A stretch of 64,000 nucleotides of DNA from Minisyncoccota bacterium (GCA_041664925.1 JBAYJV010000001.1:56121-120120), one strand, 5' to 3'. Counted from the first letter of the stretch, positions 11,130 to 20,936 are shown. A program made the numbers and translations. Notes: generated by a model from the sequence alone, not told the origin.

Positions 11130-12944
11130 TTATTGGCTCGCTTCAAAAACAATATCATACCAACTTTTTGCTCCTTGATATTTATTGTCATTCGTTTCAA
11201 GCCATGTTTCAATTTTCACACACGCGCCAACACTACTATCCAACCTCCCCATATTTACCATTCCCAAATCTTTGATGAATCCCGTCTTTACCATTTCAAA
11301 AGATAAATTCTGGTCCTCGCAATTCTCCGTTTGCTCTATTGTTCCGTCGAGATAATGCCCTTTAACATCTTCTATCAATTCATCAATCGTCACTTCGCCC
11401 TCTCTTTTAATTTTATTGTCCGAATCGTCGTCAAATTCAATTTCATAAGTATGCTCTTCTCCTTCAGAAATTCCGTCAGAAAAATCTTCAAGCTCCGATG
11501 TCGAATCCGATGCGTAATAGGTTGCAAAATCAAAACTATCATCATTGTTTAGTCCTGTGATTTTTATTTGGTATTGGCCATCTTGAGGATCAGGAATATG
11601 GACAATTTTTGGTCCGCTTGGATCGGAAGGCTCTTCAAATTCGGCAAAGGGAATTTCCGATGTTTCACTGGAAATAATTTTTCCATCAGGAGCAATAATC
11701 TCAACTTTCGCATTTTCTGTGAAAAGAAAATCAAGACTATCTTCAAATTCCCTAGGCGCTGGCGCGATATCAACATCGGACAATTCAATCGGCGGACCAG
11801 AGATCGGAGTAGGAAATAGTTCAGAAATTGGCGGAGTCGGGTGTCTTAACCAATAGATGACTTCTTCAATCGCTCGATGAGGTAGAGCAGTGTGTTTGGT
11901 TGTTTCAAAAAAACCCATTCTTTGATTACCAACCTCAGAAAATGCCTCTGGTCCCGGATTAGGATCAAAGTCAGGATCTGTTTCTGGCGCTGGCATTCCT
12001 ATAATATCTGAAAGTAAAACCGATTTTTTCAAAACCCGATTATCTCCTTCCAAATCATTTTTTGCCGGCGGAAAAGGGCAAGGATAGCCATCCTGCCAAG
12101 TTGTCGCTCCAGGCATTATTGGTTCAACTAAAATATTGCCAACTGTTGACTCGCCATCGCCTCCTAAATTACTAAAATAAACTCTCGATTGAAGATTCAT
12201 GGTTCCCATCCAATTATTCAAATCTTCCAAAAAAAGGTTTTGGCCATCTGGATTATCTGGCATAAATGGCGTTGAACCCCCTTGTAAATCCACCTCTCTT
12301 AAATATTCGTAGGTCGGCATTAATTCCCCCAGCGAAGGCACATATTCGTGAATCAATTCATAATTTGATTCGGTCTGTGGATAAACCATTTGGCGCAAAT
12401 ACCAGAGATAGGAATCTAAGACATATTTATAAGATTTTCCCCAATTTTTTGGAATTACTCCACCCTCCCAAGGACTATAAGCGTCAGAAGAGCCATTGTT
12501 GGGAACACCTAGCATGACCAATCGCTCAACATCATTTTCAAATTGATCTGATTGAATATAATAACGCGACACCAATCCGCCCATTGAATGCGCCACAATA
12601 TCCACTTTTTCTGCCCCTGTGAGCATTTTCACTTCATCGATTTTTGCCTTTAAAAATTGAAAGGCGGAATCTCTGTTTGATTTCCGCCAATCATAAAAAG
12701 CGACATATACATCAAACCCTTCATTTTCCAGAGTTTGGATTAAGGAATCATAAACATGAACTCCCGGGAAAAATCCCCATGAATCGCTAAAAATATTATT
12801 AACCATCACATGCCAGTTCCACGAAGCGTTAATTCCCGGCACCAAAATAACCGGATTATGATTTTGGCTGCCGGCAAATGATCCAAAACCAAAATTTCCC
12901 AGAATTAAAAAAATAACTATAAGTATAGTTTTTATTCTTTTCAT
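11130..12944 (-). CDS. Secreted alpha/beta-hydrolase (lipase/esterase-like) with an acidic C-terminal extension
   Basis: Signal peptide, a GxSxG nucleophile elbow DIVAHSMGGLVSRYY, and a D/E-rich C-terminal region. Confidence 0.65.
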   Translation of the reverse strand: MKRIKTILIVIFLILGNFGFGSFAGSQNHNPVILVPGINASWNWHVMVNNIFSDSWGFFPGVHVYDSLIQTLENEGFDVYVAFYDWRKSNRDSAFQFLKAKIDEVKMLTGAEKVDIVAHSMGGLVSRYYIQSDQFENDVERLVMLGVPNNGSSDAYSPWEGGVIPKNWGKSYKYVLDSYLWYLRQMVYPQTESNYELIHEYVPSLGELMPTYEYLREVDLQGGSTPFMPDNPDGQNLFLEDLNNWMGTMNLQSRVYFSNLGGDGESTVGNILVEPIMPGATTWQDGYPCPFPPAKNDLEGDNRVLKKSVLLSDIIGMPAPETDPDFDPNPGPEAFSEVGNQRMGFFETTKHTALPHRAIEEVIYWLRHPTPPISELFPTPISGPPIELSDVDIAPAPREFEDSLDFLFTENAKVEIIAPDGKIISSETSEIPFAEFEEPSDPSGPKIVHIPDPQDGQYQIKITGLNNDDSFDFATYYASDSTSELEDFSDGISEGEEHTYEIEFDDDSDNKIKREGEVTIDELIEDVKGHYLDGTIEQTENCEDQNLSFEMVKTGFIKDLGMVNMGRLDSSVGACVKIETWLETNDNKYQGAKSWYDIVFEASQ

Positions 12945-12951
12945 TAAGTAC

Positions 12952-13401
12952 TTAAAAATATAACACTCCTATTTGCCCTAATCCCCATGCAACAAAATAC
13001 GCCCAAATTGCAAGTAAAATAACTCCTGTAATTATTGTAAGTAAAAGACTAATAAGAAATCTTTTTAAATTAAATTTTTTATATTTAATCCACGCAATTA
13101 TAAGCGGAGAAATGGTGAATATTAAATATAACCACAAAGTTTGATATAGCGTACCTTTTTCTAGCGATTCCATTAACCATCCTGAATTTCGGACATTATT
13201 GTATAAATGTCTATCATACCAATTACCCAATATCCAAATTCCCACAAATATTCCGATACTTAAAAGATAACTCAAAAAAATCCAGCGCCATTTTAAAAGT
13301 TTCGCTTTCCAGATAATAAAAAAAGGGCTTAAAATCAGCCCGATGGTTATAATCACATAGCCCCAAGTAATTAATTTTTCCGAAGCACTTCCTGTTGGCA
13401 T
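12952..13401 (-). CDS. Integral membrane protein (4 TM), hypothetical
   Basis: Four hydrophobic helices. Copy 3 of the double-palindrome module sits directly upstream. Confidence 0.45.
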   Translation of the reverse strand: MPTGSASEKLITWGYVIITIGLILSPFFIIWKAKLLKWRWIFLSYLLSIGIFVGIWILGNWYDRHLYNNVRNSGWLMESLEKGTLYQTLWLYLIFTISPLIIAWIKYKKFNLKRFLISLLLTIITGVILLAIWAYFVAWGLGQIGVLYF

Positions 13402-13486
13402 AATTTCACTAGTCTTTATTAATGCTATATTTTAATACAACATTATACCCAATTTTCCTCATCTTCTCCATTCCCCTTATCCACAG

Positions 13487-13625
13487 ACATATGTGGGAGG
13501 CTGAGCCTCCCACATATTTCAAAATCTCAGCGCCAGTTATAGTAAATCTGAGGCTAAGCCTCCGATTTAGTTCGATTTGATAGAAAATGTTAAACACTCG
13601 GTGTTGAACATTTTGTCTTGAAACA
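13487..13625. repeat. Double-palindrome module, copy 3: pal1 at 13489-13517, pal2 at 13545-13568
   Basis: atatgtgggaggctgagcctcccacatat is perfect. aaatctgaggctaagcctccgattt has 1 mismatch. The module is adjacent to a TGGGTATAAT -10-like element upstream of 12952..13401. Confidence 0.65.
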
Positions 13626-13639
13626 TTGTTAAACAAAAA

Positions 13640-14486
13640 AAAGACGGCCCCAGAGATTCTTTTCCCTGGGACCGCAACTCTCTCATTTTAGCTCCGTAGT
13701 AAGACCGACATTTCGCCGTCGGTCGCGCCCCGTCTAGACATTCGTCTAGGTGACGAGGTACCGACCCTGTAACTTCCGGGGTAACTGTTTGATCGTCAGC
13801 ATACCCGACTCCATCCCCCCAATCGCTTCGCGTCCATGACGCGACGCCTTCCTTCGCAATAGTTAGCGAACCTGTAGACCGCAGACCTCGGTAGAGCGAA
13901 AGCCCTATTGCCAAACTTCGCGTCTCCGTCCCGAGTTCACCGGCGAAATTCTCTAGTGTGAACGCGGAATATGATCTTCTAGTCTCTTCCTGGCTTTTTT
14001 TGCCATTGCCAGTTCCTGGTAACCGTTTTCTATGTACCTACGTGAATCCGCTCATGCCTCCCCTTCCATTATAGTAGGGATTTATCAGGCGATAGGGTTA
14101 CCTATTAAGGTAACGCTTCGCCCTCGCACCATTCTCTGTCCGACTTGTCGCTAATTTCTATGGATGGTAAGGTTCTATGAGCCCGGTGGACTCTCCTCCT
14201 TTCAAGTTTAGGGTTCCGATTTGCTGCTCTCCCGAGCTAGCGCCATTTAGACTGTACACGCATACCGAGATGTTGGTCGCATATCGCGTACCAAGCGTTG
14301 GTTATGCAGTGGGTTGTTAAGTACAACCAGACTCGGAAACCCCAACTCACTTTGTTGCACACTCTCTACGTCAACTGAAGAACAAGACTCGTGATGCTAC
14401 AGATGATCGCAAGGCACGACATGATGAAAGCTTCGCGTGGCCACTTAACCATAACGCTCAACCTCCTCTTTCATTCTCTATTATCC
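13640..14486 (-). ncRNA. Candidate large structured ncRNA of ~850 nt. It begins with a 28-codon hydrophobic micro-ORF and ends at an intrinsic terminator.
   Basis: A perfect TTGACA-N17-TATAAT promoter lies at 14487-14515 (minus). About 52% GC against an AT-rich background. No ORF of 60 aa or more in any frame across ~800 nt. Many local hairpins, for example ctagacgaatgtctag, gaccgacggcgaaatgtcggtc and cgcgtcatggacgcg. A terminator hairpin plus T8 lies at ~13633-13672. Near the 5' end, an SD precedes the ORF MVKWPREAFIMSCLAIICSITSLVLQLT. Confidence 0.35.
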
Positions 14487-14515
14487 ATTATAGCATACCC
14501 CATTCCAAATGTCAA
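14487..14515 (-). promoter_or_regulatory. Consensus sigma70 promoter TTGACA-N17-TATAAT for the 13.6-14.5 kb unit
   Basis: Minus strand reads ttgacatttggaatggggtatgctataatgg. Confidence 0.6.
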
Positions 14516-14631
14516 TAGTTTTTACCTATTTTTACGGAAATTCGCCATTTTTTAAAATATCACGCCAGTTAATTGCGACTAAAAAAAATGAGCGGGTTTG
14601 CTGTTTTGCAAATCCGCTCTTCACTATTTCT

Positions 14632-15267
14632 TCAGTTATTAACTAAGTCCTTCATTCTTCGAATAAGATCTTCCTTGAAATCAAAAGCAGCAAACTTACA
14701 GGTTTCCAGTAATTGCTTAAGGGTTTTGGCCTTTTCGCCCATCTTTACAATAGCTAATCCGGCAAGACTTCCGCGGGGATTATTCTCACGAATCTTGGCC
14801 CATTTTTCAAAGGACAAATCGAGTCCGCGAATTTTGGCAAGAATTGTTTCTCTTCTTTGAAGATTACTGTCATCTTCACGATAAACTTCAAGATATTCGT
14901 CAATCCTATTTGCCAATTTTACCATTTCTTCATCAGCAATAAGTCCTATGTGTCCAAGACCAGGATCAGCTTCTTTGGCTCTTCTCCAGTCACTAAAGGT
15001 TCCTAACCTTTTCATCTCTACAAGAACCACTTCTGCTTTACTAAGCGGTCCGCGAAGATAAGTCTGTAACCAATTATCAAAAGTTCCTAGGCGCCGCATT
15101 CTTGAGACAATTTTAATACGAATTTCTCCGGAAGCATGTCCATACGCTTCCAATAAATCTTGGAAATTCAACGCATCAAACTCTTCTGGGGTTAAGTTGT
15201 CCCATTTAAGAACAACTGCCAAACCAATTCCCGCTGTCTTGACTAACTCGTCAAACTCTATTGCCAT
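14632..15267 (-). CDS. Hypothetical protein (211 aa) with an internal RLGTF(D/S)(N/D)W repeat
   Basis: Long ORF. Terminator hairpin gagcgg...ccgctc plus T-run downstream. No family recognised. Confidence 0.45.
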   Translation of the reverse strand: MAIEFDELVKTAGIGLAVVLKWDNLTPEEFDALNFQDLLEAYGHASGEIRIKIVSRMRRLGTFDNWLQTYLRGPLSKAEVVLVEMKRLGTFSDWRRAKEADPGLGHIGLIADEEMVKLANRIDEYLEVYREDDSNLQRRETILAKIRGLDLSFEKWAKIRENNPRGSLAGLAIVKMGEKAKTLKQLLETCKFAAFDFKEDLIRRMKDLVNN

Positions 15268-15284
15268 GTTTCCTCCTTGTCTTT

Positions 15285-15698
15285 TTACTTTTTCGGACTG
15301 ACAAAGATATAAAGTTCTGCTGTTCCAGAACCATAGCCAATATGATATTCAATTGGCTCAATGGATTCTATGATATAATTCTTGCTAATCTCTTTTAGTC
15401 CTTCTCTTAGAGCATCCCCAAGACCTATTCCCTCTGAGCTGCCGCTATTACCTATGATACGATTTAATTCTAGAGCAACAATTCTTGCTAGATTTGGCTG
15501 AATCCATTCAATTGAGTAGCTTGGTTTTTCTACTTCAATAACGGGCGTGGAAGAATTCTTGCTCCTACCACATCCTGATAGAATCACACATACCGCCAAA
15601 ACTAAACAAATAACTCCAACGACTGGCCAACCAAATGCTTTTTTCTTTGTCATATTTCCTCCCTCTATGTTTTTTGAGAACTGCCCACATCCTATCAC
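15285..15698 (-). CDS. Putative lipoprotein
   Basis: Signal peptide ending ILSGC (lipobox-like). Confidence 0.45.
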   Translation of the reverse strand: MIGCGQFSKNIEGGNMTKKKAFGWPVVGVICLVLAVCVILSGCGRSKNSSTPVIEVEKPSYSIEWIQPNLARIVALELNRIIGNSGSSEGIGLGDALREGLKEISKNYIIESIEPIEYHIGYGSGTAELYIFVSPKK

Positions 15699-15735
15699 GA
15701 TGAAAATAAAATGTCAATACTTAGTTGTAAAGTCA

Positions 15736-15981
15736 TTAAGCATTGAGTCCTTCGGCTGTTGCTTTGGCAATATTACAGGAAATCACGCTGGCATCCGGAT
15801 CGCATTCCACAAGAAATTCTGGCATATCTTTGACTTTCGCTTGCTTTAAAATTCCATCTATTGCTGGCAAAAGATTTTCTAAAAGGGTTTTATCTGACGC
15901 AATTTCTTTTTTTATGGTTTCATTTCCCGTACCTAAAACAAGTTCTGCTTTCTCTTTTTTTATTTTTATTAAAAATTTCAT
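15736..15981 (-). CDS. Small protein with weak resemblance to the TsaB/YeaZ N-terminal region. Low confidence.
   Basis: The strings LVLGTGNE and SVISCNIAKATAEGL are reminiscent of TsaB motifs. The start was taken at MKFLIKI. Confidence 0.25.
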   Translation of the reverse strand: MKFLIKIKKEKAELVLGTGNETIKKEIASDKTLLENLLPAIDGILKQAKVKDMPEFLVECDPDASVISCNIAKATAEGLNA

Positions 15982-16106
15982 AGTAAGATGATCACACATT
16001 GTCCCCAGTTAATCCATCTATTTTAGGTTGGTTTTGTCAAAAATTCAATACTGCCAAGCTTATTTCGTTTTGGGAAAAATAGATGATAGACTGAAAGAAA
16101 ACAAAT

Positions 16107-17612
16107 ATGCCCGACAAAAAGAAACCCATCAAAAAAATAGAGGAAAAAGAATCAGTCTCCAAGGAAGAAGTCGAACCAAAGACAGAAAAGCCAGAGAGAT
16201 TTAATTTTGATAGACTGGCTGTTAAGATTCCCGAGGATAGAATACCGCCTCAATCTATCGAAGCTGAGCAATCAGTTTTGGGATCGGTGATGATTGATAA
16301 AAATGCGATTTTCAGAGTCGTTGATACTTTGCGCCCTGAATCTTTTTATCGTCGCAGTCATCAGCTTATTTATATAACTATCCTTGAACTTTTTTCAAGA
16401 CAGGAATCGATTGATCTTTTGAGCGTCTCTGCAAAGCTTGAAGAAAAAAAACAGCTTGAAGAAGTCGGTGGCAGAACTTATCTGGCAAATCTGGTAAACG
16501 CCGTGCCGACATCAAGCCATATCGCCAGCTACGCTAAGATTGTTTCCAAAAAGAAAATCTTGCGCGATTTAATCGACGCTTCCTATTATCTATCCCAGCT
16601 CGGCTACAACGAAGATGCAGACATTGATCAGGTTTTGGATGCTGCCGAGAAAAAAGTTTTTTCCATTGCTCAAAAATCATTCACCCACGAATTTCTATCT
16701 TTGAAAGATCCGCTCGCTGAAGCCTTCAATCGTTTTGATCAGCTCCATCAAAGAGCCGGCACAAAGCTTCGCGGCATCGCTACCGGCTATCCCGATTTGG
16801 ATAATAAATATCTTTCCGGTTTTCAAAAAACCGATTTGATAATTTTAGCGTCTCGTCCCCGTATCGGAAAAACTTCTCTTGCTCTAGATATTGCCCGCCA
16901 TGTCGCTCTCAGGGAAAAAAAAGCCGTCGGTATTTTCAGCCTTGAAATGTCAACTGATCAATTGGTCGATCGCCTTGTCGCGCAGGAAGGAAAACTTGAT
17001 TTATGGAAATTGAGAAGCGGCAATTTGGCTGATCATGATTTTGATGTTATTCAGCAAGTTTTGGATGACTTGTCGCGAGCGCCGATTTACATTGATGACG
17101 GCATGTCGAGTAATGTTTTACAAATGAGAGCAATGTCGCGACGATTGCAAGCGCAGACCGATTTGGGTTTGATTATTATAGATTACTTACAATTGATGGA
17201 ACCATCAGCTAAAACGGAAAGTCGTGTTCAAGAAATTTCTCAGATTTCTCGTGCCCTCAAGGGTTTGGCGCGTGAACTCAATGTCCCAGTCCTAGCGCTT
17301 TCCCAGCTTTCCCGCGCTGTTGAGCACAGATCTTACGCCATTCCCAAACTCTCTGATCTTCGCGAATCCGGATCAATTGAACAAGATGCGGATGTTGTCA
17401 TGTTTATTTATAGGGAAGAAAAAGCGCCGCCCGAAATTGGCATTAAATTGGAAGGCCAGGTTATTGTCGCCAAGAACAGAAATGGTCCGACCGGTCATGC
17501 CGATGTTTATTTCAGAGAAAAATCAGCAACTTACGAATCGGTTTCAAAACGCTTTGACGGCGCAGAAGAAATAGCATTCCCCGACGACCAAGACATCATG
17601 CCACCGATGTAA
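16107..17612 (+). CDS. dnaB: Replicative DNA helicase DnaB
   Basis: N-terminal IPPQSIEAEQSVLGSVMID, a Walker A SRPRIGKTSLALDIARHVA, and the RecA-like C-terminal domain. Confidence 0.9.
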   Translation: MPDKKKPIKKIEEKESVSKEEVEPKTEKPERFNFDRLAVKIPEDRIPPQSIEAEQSVLGSVMIDKNAIFRVVDTLRPESFYRRSHQLIYITILELFSRQESIDLLSVSAKLEEKKQLEEVGGRTYLANLVNAVPTSSHIASYAKIVSKKKILRDLIDASYYLSQLGYNEDADIDQVLDAAEKKVFSIAQKSFTHEFLSLKDPLAEAFNRFDQLHQRAGTKLRGIATGYPDLDNKYLSGFQKTDLIILASRPRIGKTSLALDIARHVALREKKAVGIFSLEMSTDQLVDRLVAQEGKLDLWKLRSGNLADHDFDVIQQVLDDLSRAPIYIDDGMSSNVLQMRAMSRRLQAQTDLGLIIIDYLQLMEPSAKTESRVQEISQISRALKGLARELNVPVLALSQLSRAVEHRSYAIPKLSDLRESGSIEQDADVVMFIYREEKAPPEIGIKLEGQVIVAKNRNGPTGHADVYFREKSATYESVSKRFDGAEEIAFPDDQDIMPPM

Positions 17613-17674
17613 AAAATATAATATATTATTGTATAAAAAAAGAGTCCCGGTTTCTGCCGGGGCTCGTTTTGTTT

Positions 17675-17938
17675 CTACTCGGCGCAATATGAAACAAGCG
17701 GAATGACTCTGACATAAAGCATGAACATCTTAGGGCAAGGTATCACGCGCCTCCCAAAACGAACAAACCAAGAAGGGTTTTTACTATACGAATCGCTAAT
17801 GTAAATTATTCTCTTGGTAACCTTCACAACAAAACCAATGCGCCTCTCCCCAATAAAACCAGCCTCAACAAAAGATATCGCATCTCCTACTTTTAGGCTC
17901 CTGATGACATTGTCATCTTTTTCCCTCTGCATGTTCAT
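17675..17938 (-). CDS. Hypothetical small protein (87 aa), moderately GC-rich
   Basis: ORF in a GC-enriched block. A bidirectional terminator hairpin lies at ~17640-17670. Confidence 0.35.
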   Translation of the reverse strand: MNMQREKDDNVIRSLKVGDAISFVEAGFIGERRIGFVVKVTKRIIYISDSYSKNPSWFVRFGRRVIPCPKMFMLYVRVIPLVSYCAE

Positions 17939-17971
17939 TTTCCCTCCTCAGCACACTCTTTCTCTCTTTTT

Positions 17972-18349
17972 TCAGTTTCTCTGTGTCTCTTGAGGCGCCA
18001 CTTCCGCACCCCGCGTTTCGCGGAACTTCCGAACCTTGTCAAGGATTTCGACATAGACCGGCAGGTATAGTCGAGCAGCTTCAGTAAATTGATCATGTAT
18101 TTCTTGAGCCTTCTCTATGGATTGCGCTTTGTCCCTAAGAAGAATCTGTCCACTATCTCTCAAGGATAGAACATAACCCTTGGTTTCTCCACCGATCAGC
18201 TTATTGACCCAATTACAGGCTTCGACGACCAACCCTGATCTTTCATTTGTTGGGTCCTTCTTAAACTCCTCGTTTCTTTGAACAAGTTGTTTATAAGCCC
18301 AACCTTTTGCCAAACTGCGTACTCGTTCTTCAATCGTCTTTATCTGCAT
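17972..18349 (-). CDS. Hypothetical small protein (125 aa), GC-rich island gene
   Basis: A TTGACT...TGATAGAAT promoter lies at ~18463-18495 (minus). The leader has a cccggcatgccggg hairpin, and an SD precedes the ATG. Confidence 0.45.
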   Translation of the reverse strand: MQIKTIEERVRSLAKGWAYKQLVQRNEEFKKDPTNERSGLVVEACNWVNKLIGGETKGYVLSLRDSGQILLRDKAQSIEKAQEIHDQFTEAARLYLPVYVEILDKVRKFRETRGAEVAPQETQRN

Positions 18350-18622
18350 TTTCTCCCTCCATTAGAGATTCTCGGTGAGTCTACGAACTTAGAAGCTCTT
18401 ATGTCTCGCCGAACCCCGGCATGCCGGGGGAAGGCGGACAAAAAACCTATCTTTTATTCCTACTACGTATTCTATCACACTCTTCAAAAAAGTCAATAGT
18501 GCCGTTGCAATCGCTCTTTTTTAAGGTAAGATTAAGTTAGAGAACTTTTAATTATCAATTTTCGATTTTTTTATTCGAAATCTTTACTTTTCACTTTACA
18601 CTTTAAATTTTAAACTTGAAAC

Positions 18623-19246
18623 GTGTATCCTGAAATTATAAAAAATTTAATTAGAATTTTCGCTGATTTACCCGGAGTTGGGGAAAGAGCAGCGACAAGA
18701 TATGTTTTTTATTTCCTCAAAAAACCAAAAAAAGACATTGATGAATTTATAGAAAATCTTGATCGTCTTAAAAAAGAAATTGCCCTCTGTTCTAAATGTT
18801 ATAACATCGCCCAAATATCATCAAAAAATTCTTCTAATCTATGTGTTATTTGCCAAGACAAAGAAAGACGGAAAGAACAAATTTGTCTTGTTGAAAAAAT
18901 TTCCGATATTGACCGCATTGAAAGCATGCATTTTTATAATGGCGTTTATCATGTCTTAACTGGCTTAATAAATCCTGTCAAAGGCATCACGCCTCAAAAA
19001 TTAACTTTCAATCGCCTTGTTTCTCGCCTCAAAGAATTCAAGCGCCAAGAGAAAACACCGGAACTAATCATGGCCCTAAATCCAACTCGCGAAGGCGATT
19101 TGACGGTCAATTATACAAAAGAGATTTTGGCGCCTTTAAAAATAAAAATTACTCGCTTAGCGCGAGGCATTCCCACTGGCGGCGAACTTCAATATGCCGA
19201 CGAAGACACGCTCAAAGAATCCTTTACGCAGAGAAAAGAATTATAA
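18623..19246 (+). CDS. recR: Recombination protein RecR
   Basis: HhH motif LPGVGERAATRYVFYF, a C4 zinc finger CSKCYNIAQ...CVICQD, and a Toprim C-terminal domain. Confidence 0.9.
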   Translation: MYPEIIKNLIRIFADLPGVGERAATRYVFYFLKKPKKDIDEFIENLDRLKKEIALCSKCYNIAQISSKNSSNLCVICQDKERRKEQICLVEKISDIDRIESMHFYNGVYHVLTGLINPVKGITPQKLTFNRLVSRLKEFKRQEKTPELIMALNPTREGDLTVNYTKEILAPLKIKITRLARGIPTGGELQYADEDTLKESFTQRKEL

Positions 19247-19302
19247 ATTAAAAAGAAAAGGGCTTGCAACTTCGCAAGCCCCTTGTTTGTTTATTCTAAA
19301 TG

Positions 19303-20208
19303 TCACCGCAGAACATTGAGAACTGCCAATGCCTGTGCTGCAGCTTTTAAGGATTCGTGGTACGGAAAATCATGCAGTGTAAGTATCCGGGGAATATAAG
19401 AATACGGATTACTCGAATCATATTCCTCCGTTGACCAGCTATGCTCTCTGAGATAAGGATGATTTTGCCAATAAGCCAAAATTCTTTCCTTTAGAATGTC
19501 AGTACTTAGATATGCCCTATAGTGCAATCTTGTAAATGTAAGAGAAACTTGAAGTAAAACATCAGTCAGTCCAGCATTAATCATTGCATCAATGAGAAGA
19601 TTTGGCTTATGTTTCAAAACTGCGATAAATGGCCACCTGCAAACACAATGATCGTAATTACCTTCGTTTTTCATGAAAGCTTCTTGGGCTTCCCAAAGTT
19701 CAAGTAAAAATTCTTTAGTTTTTCTCAAATACGGTTCGCTAAAAACAACATGATGAGGATTACAAAGAAAAAGAAGAATTTCTTCTAAGTTATTACTTGT
19801 TATTGCCCAACTTGCATTGCACCACTCGATCGTTCCGGTAAGTTTTGGTAAAAACTTGTCCAGAACAAGCTTACAAACTCTATTTGCTATGATTACAGAA
19901 CTTGGCAAAGAACTTTCTTTTCCAGATGCTCTCTTGTCTTTGTCTGCCCAGTCATCTACGACTTGTCCAGGCTCAGCCAAATTAAGATAGAACCTTAATC
20001 CTCTCCGAGTAACTTCTGCTGGATCTAAATTTTCAGAATTAAATCCTCGGTAAAGAATCCTACTCGCTCCATTATGCAATATCCCAATAGCAATTTCCAA
20101 GCTTTCTGCTTTATGAAGCGCCTCGAGGAATTGTTCCCATGTTTCGATCCTGCCCACTTGAGCCAGATGGCTCACCACTTCTTCTTGCGTGACGACTCTC
20201 TCTGTCAT
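19303..20208 (-). CDS. Hypothetical protein (301 aa)
   Basis: Strong SD AAAGGAGGTGCGCG before the ATG. A TTGACA-containing promoter is upstream. The bidirectional terminator gggcttgcaacttcgcaagccc lies at 19258-19281. Confidence 0.45.
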   Translation of the reverse strand: MTERVVTQEEVVSHLAQVGRIETWEQFLEALHKAESLEIAIGILHNGASRILYRGFNSENLDPAEVTRRGLRFYLNLAEPGQVVDDWADKDKRASGKESSLPSSVIIANRVCKLVLDKFLPKLTGTIEWCNASWAITSNNLEEILLFLCNPHHVVFSEPYLRKTKEFLLELWEAQEAFMKNEGNYDHCVCRWPFIAVLKHKPNLLIDAMINAGLTDVLLQVSLTFTRLHYRAYLSTDILKERILAYWQNHPYLREHSWSTEEYDSSNPYSYIPRILTLHDFPYHESLKAAAQALAVLNVLR

Positions 20209-20510
20209 CGCGCACCTCCTTTAATTTCGCCAACCTAGTCCGGTCGGCTATATACTCGTATCGTATTATAAATATTAAAGTTTGTCAATGTTTTGATTTG
20301 AAATCTTGACTTTATTAAATTTGAATCGTACGATTGGAGTATAGTTCTTAGTTACATATATGTAGTCCGTCTTTATTTCGATAAATCGAAATTTCGACGA
20401 GATAAATTCTTCTTCGCCAACAGGTTTTATCCGCCTTCACAGGTGCTTCGGCAGAACATAAGAATTTCTATAATTCTTAAACTCATCAAGAAACTCTAAT
20501 GGAGGTGAGT

Positions 20511-20936
20511 ATGCCTATACAAAGAAATCTCACTATCACCTCAAAAGAAGGTCTCAGTATTTCTCTGACTTATGATGAGTCAGATAACACCGTTTCTCGG
20601 CGTAAAAAAGATATGTCGATTTCGGTGACCGTTCCTGTATCAATCGCCATACTTAAGCTTAATTGGAATCTAGTTGGAGAGGAAAGAAAGAAACTTTTAG
20701 CCGATGAACAGTTCATTAGACAATTATTTTCCGTACAAAATGTTGGAAAAATAGGCTTTACTAGTGATAACGAAGTCTTGGTAATACGCAACGATGAGAC
20801 CATCGACTGGTCACCAACTATTCGAGAAATCACCCAAGCTCTTTTCCAATACGAAGAACGAAAAAGAGCCAGAATCAGCCGCGCAACAAATCTTATCAAT
20901 CAGTGCTTACCAGAAGAAAGTTCAAATCCGGGCTAA
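20511..20936 (+). CDS. Hypothetical protein (~141 aa)
   Basis: GGAGGTGA sits 5 nt before the ATG at 20511. Divergent from 19303..20208. Confidence 0.45.
   Translation: MPIQRNLTITSKEGLSISLTYDESDNTVSRRKKDMSISVTVPVSIAILKLNWNLVGEERKKLLADEQFIRQLFSVQNVGKIGFTSDNEVLVIRNDETIDWSPTIREITQALFQYEERKRARISRATNLINQCLPEESSNPG

Noticed and set aside
13640-14486. Strings resembling RNase P RNA conserved regions (gagagtccaccgggctcatag; acagttaccccggaagtta; ctagacgaatgtctag)
   Set aside because: Their order along the molecule is inconsistent with the P4 and P18 arrangement of bacterial RNase P RNA, and other universally conserved blocks are missing. I treat this as coincidental. A covariance-model search would settle it.
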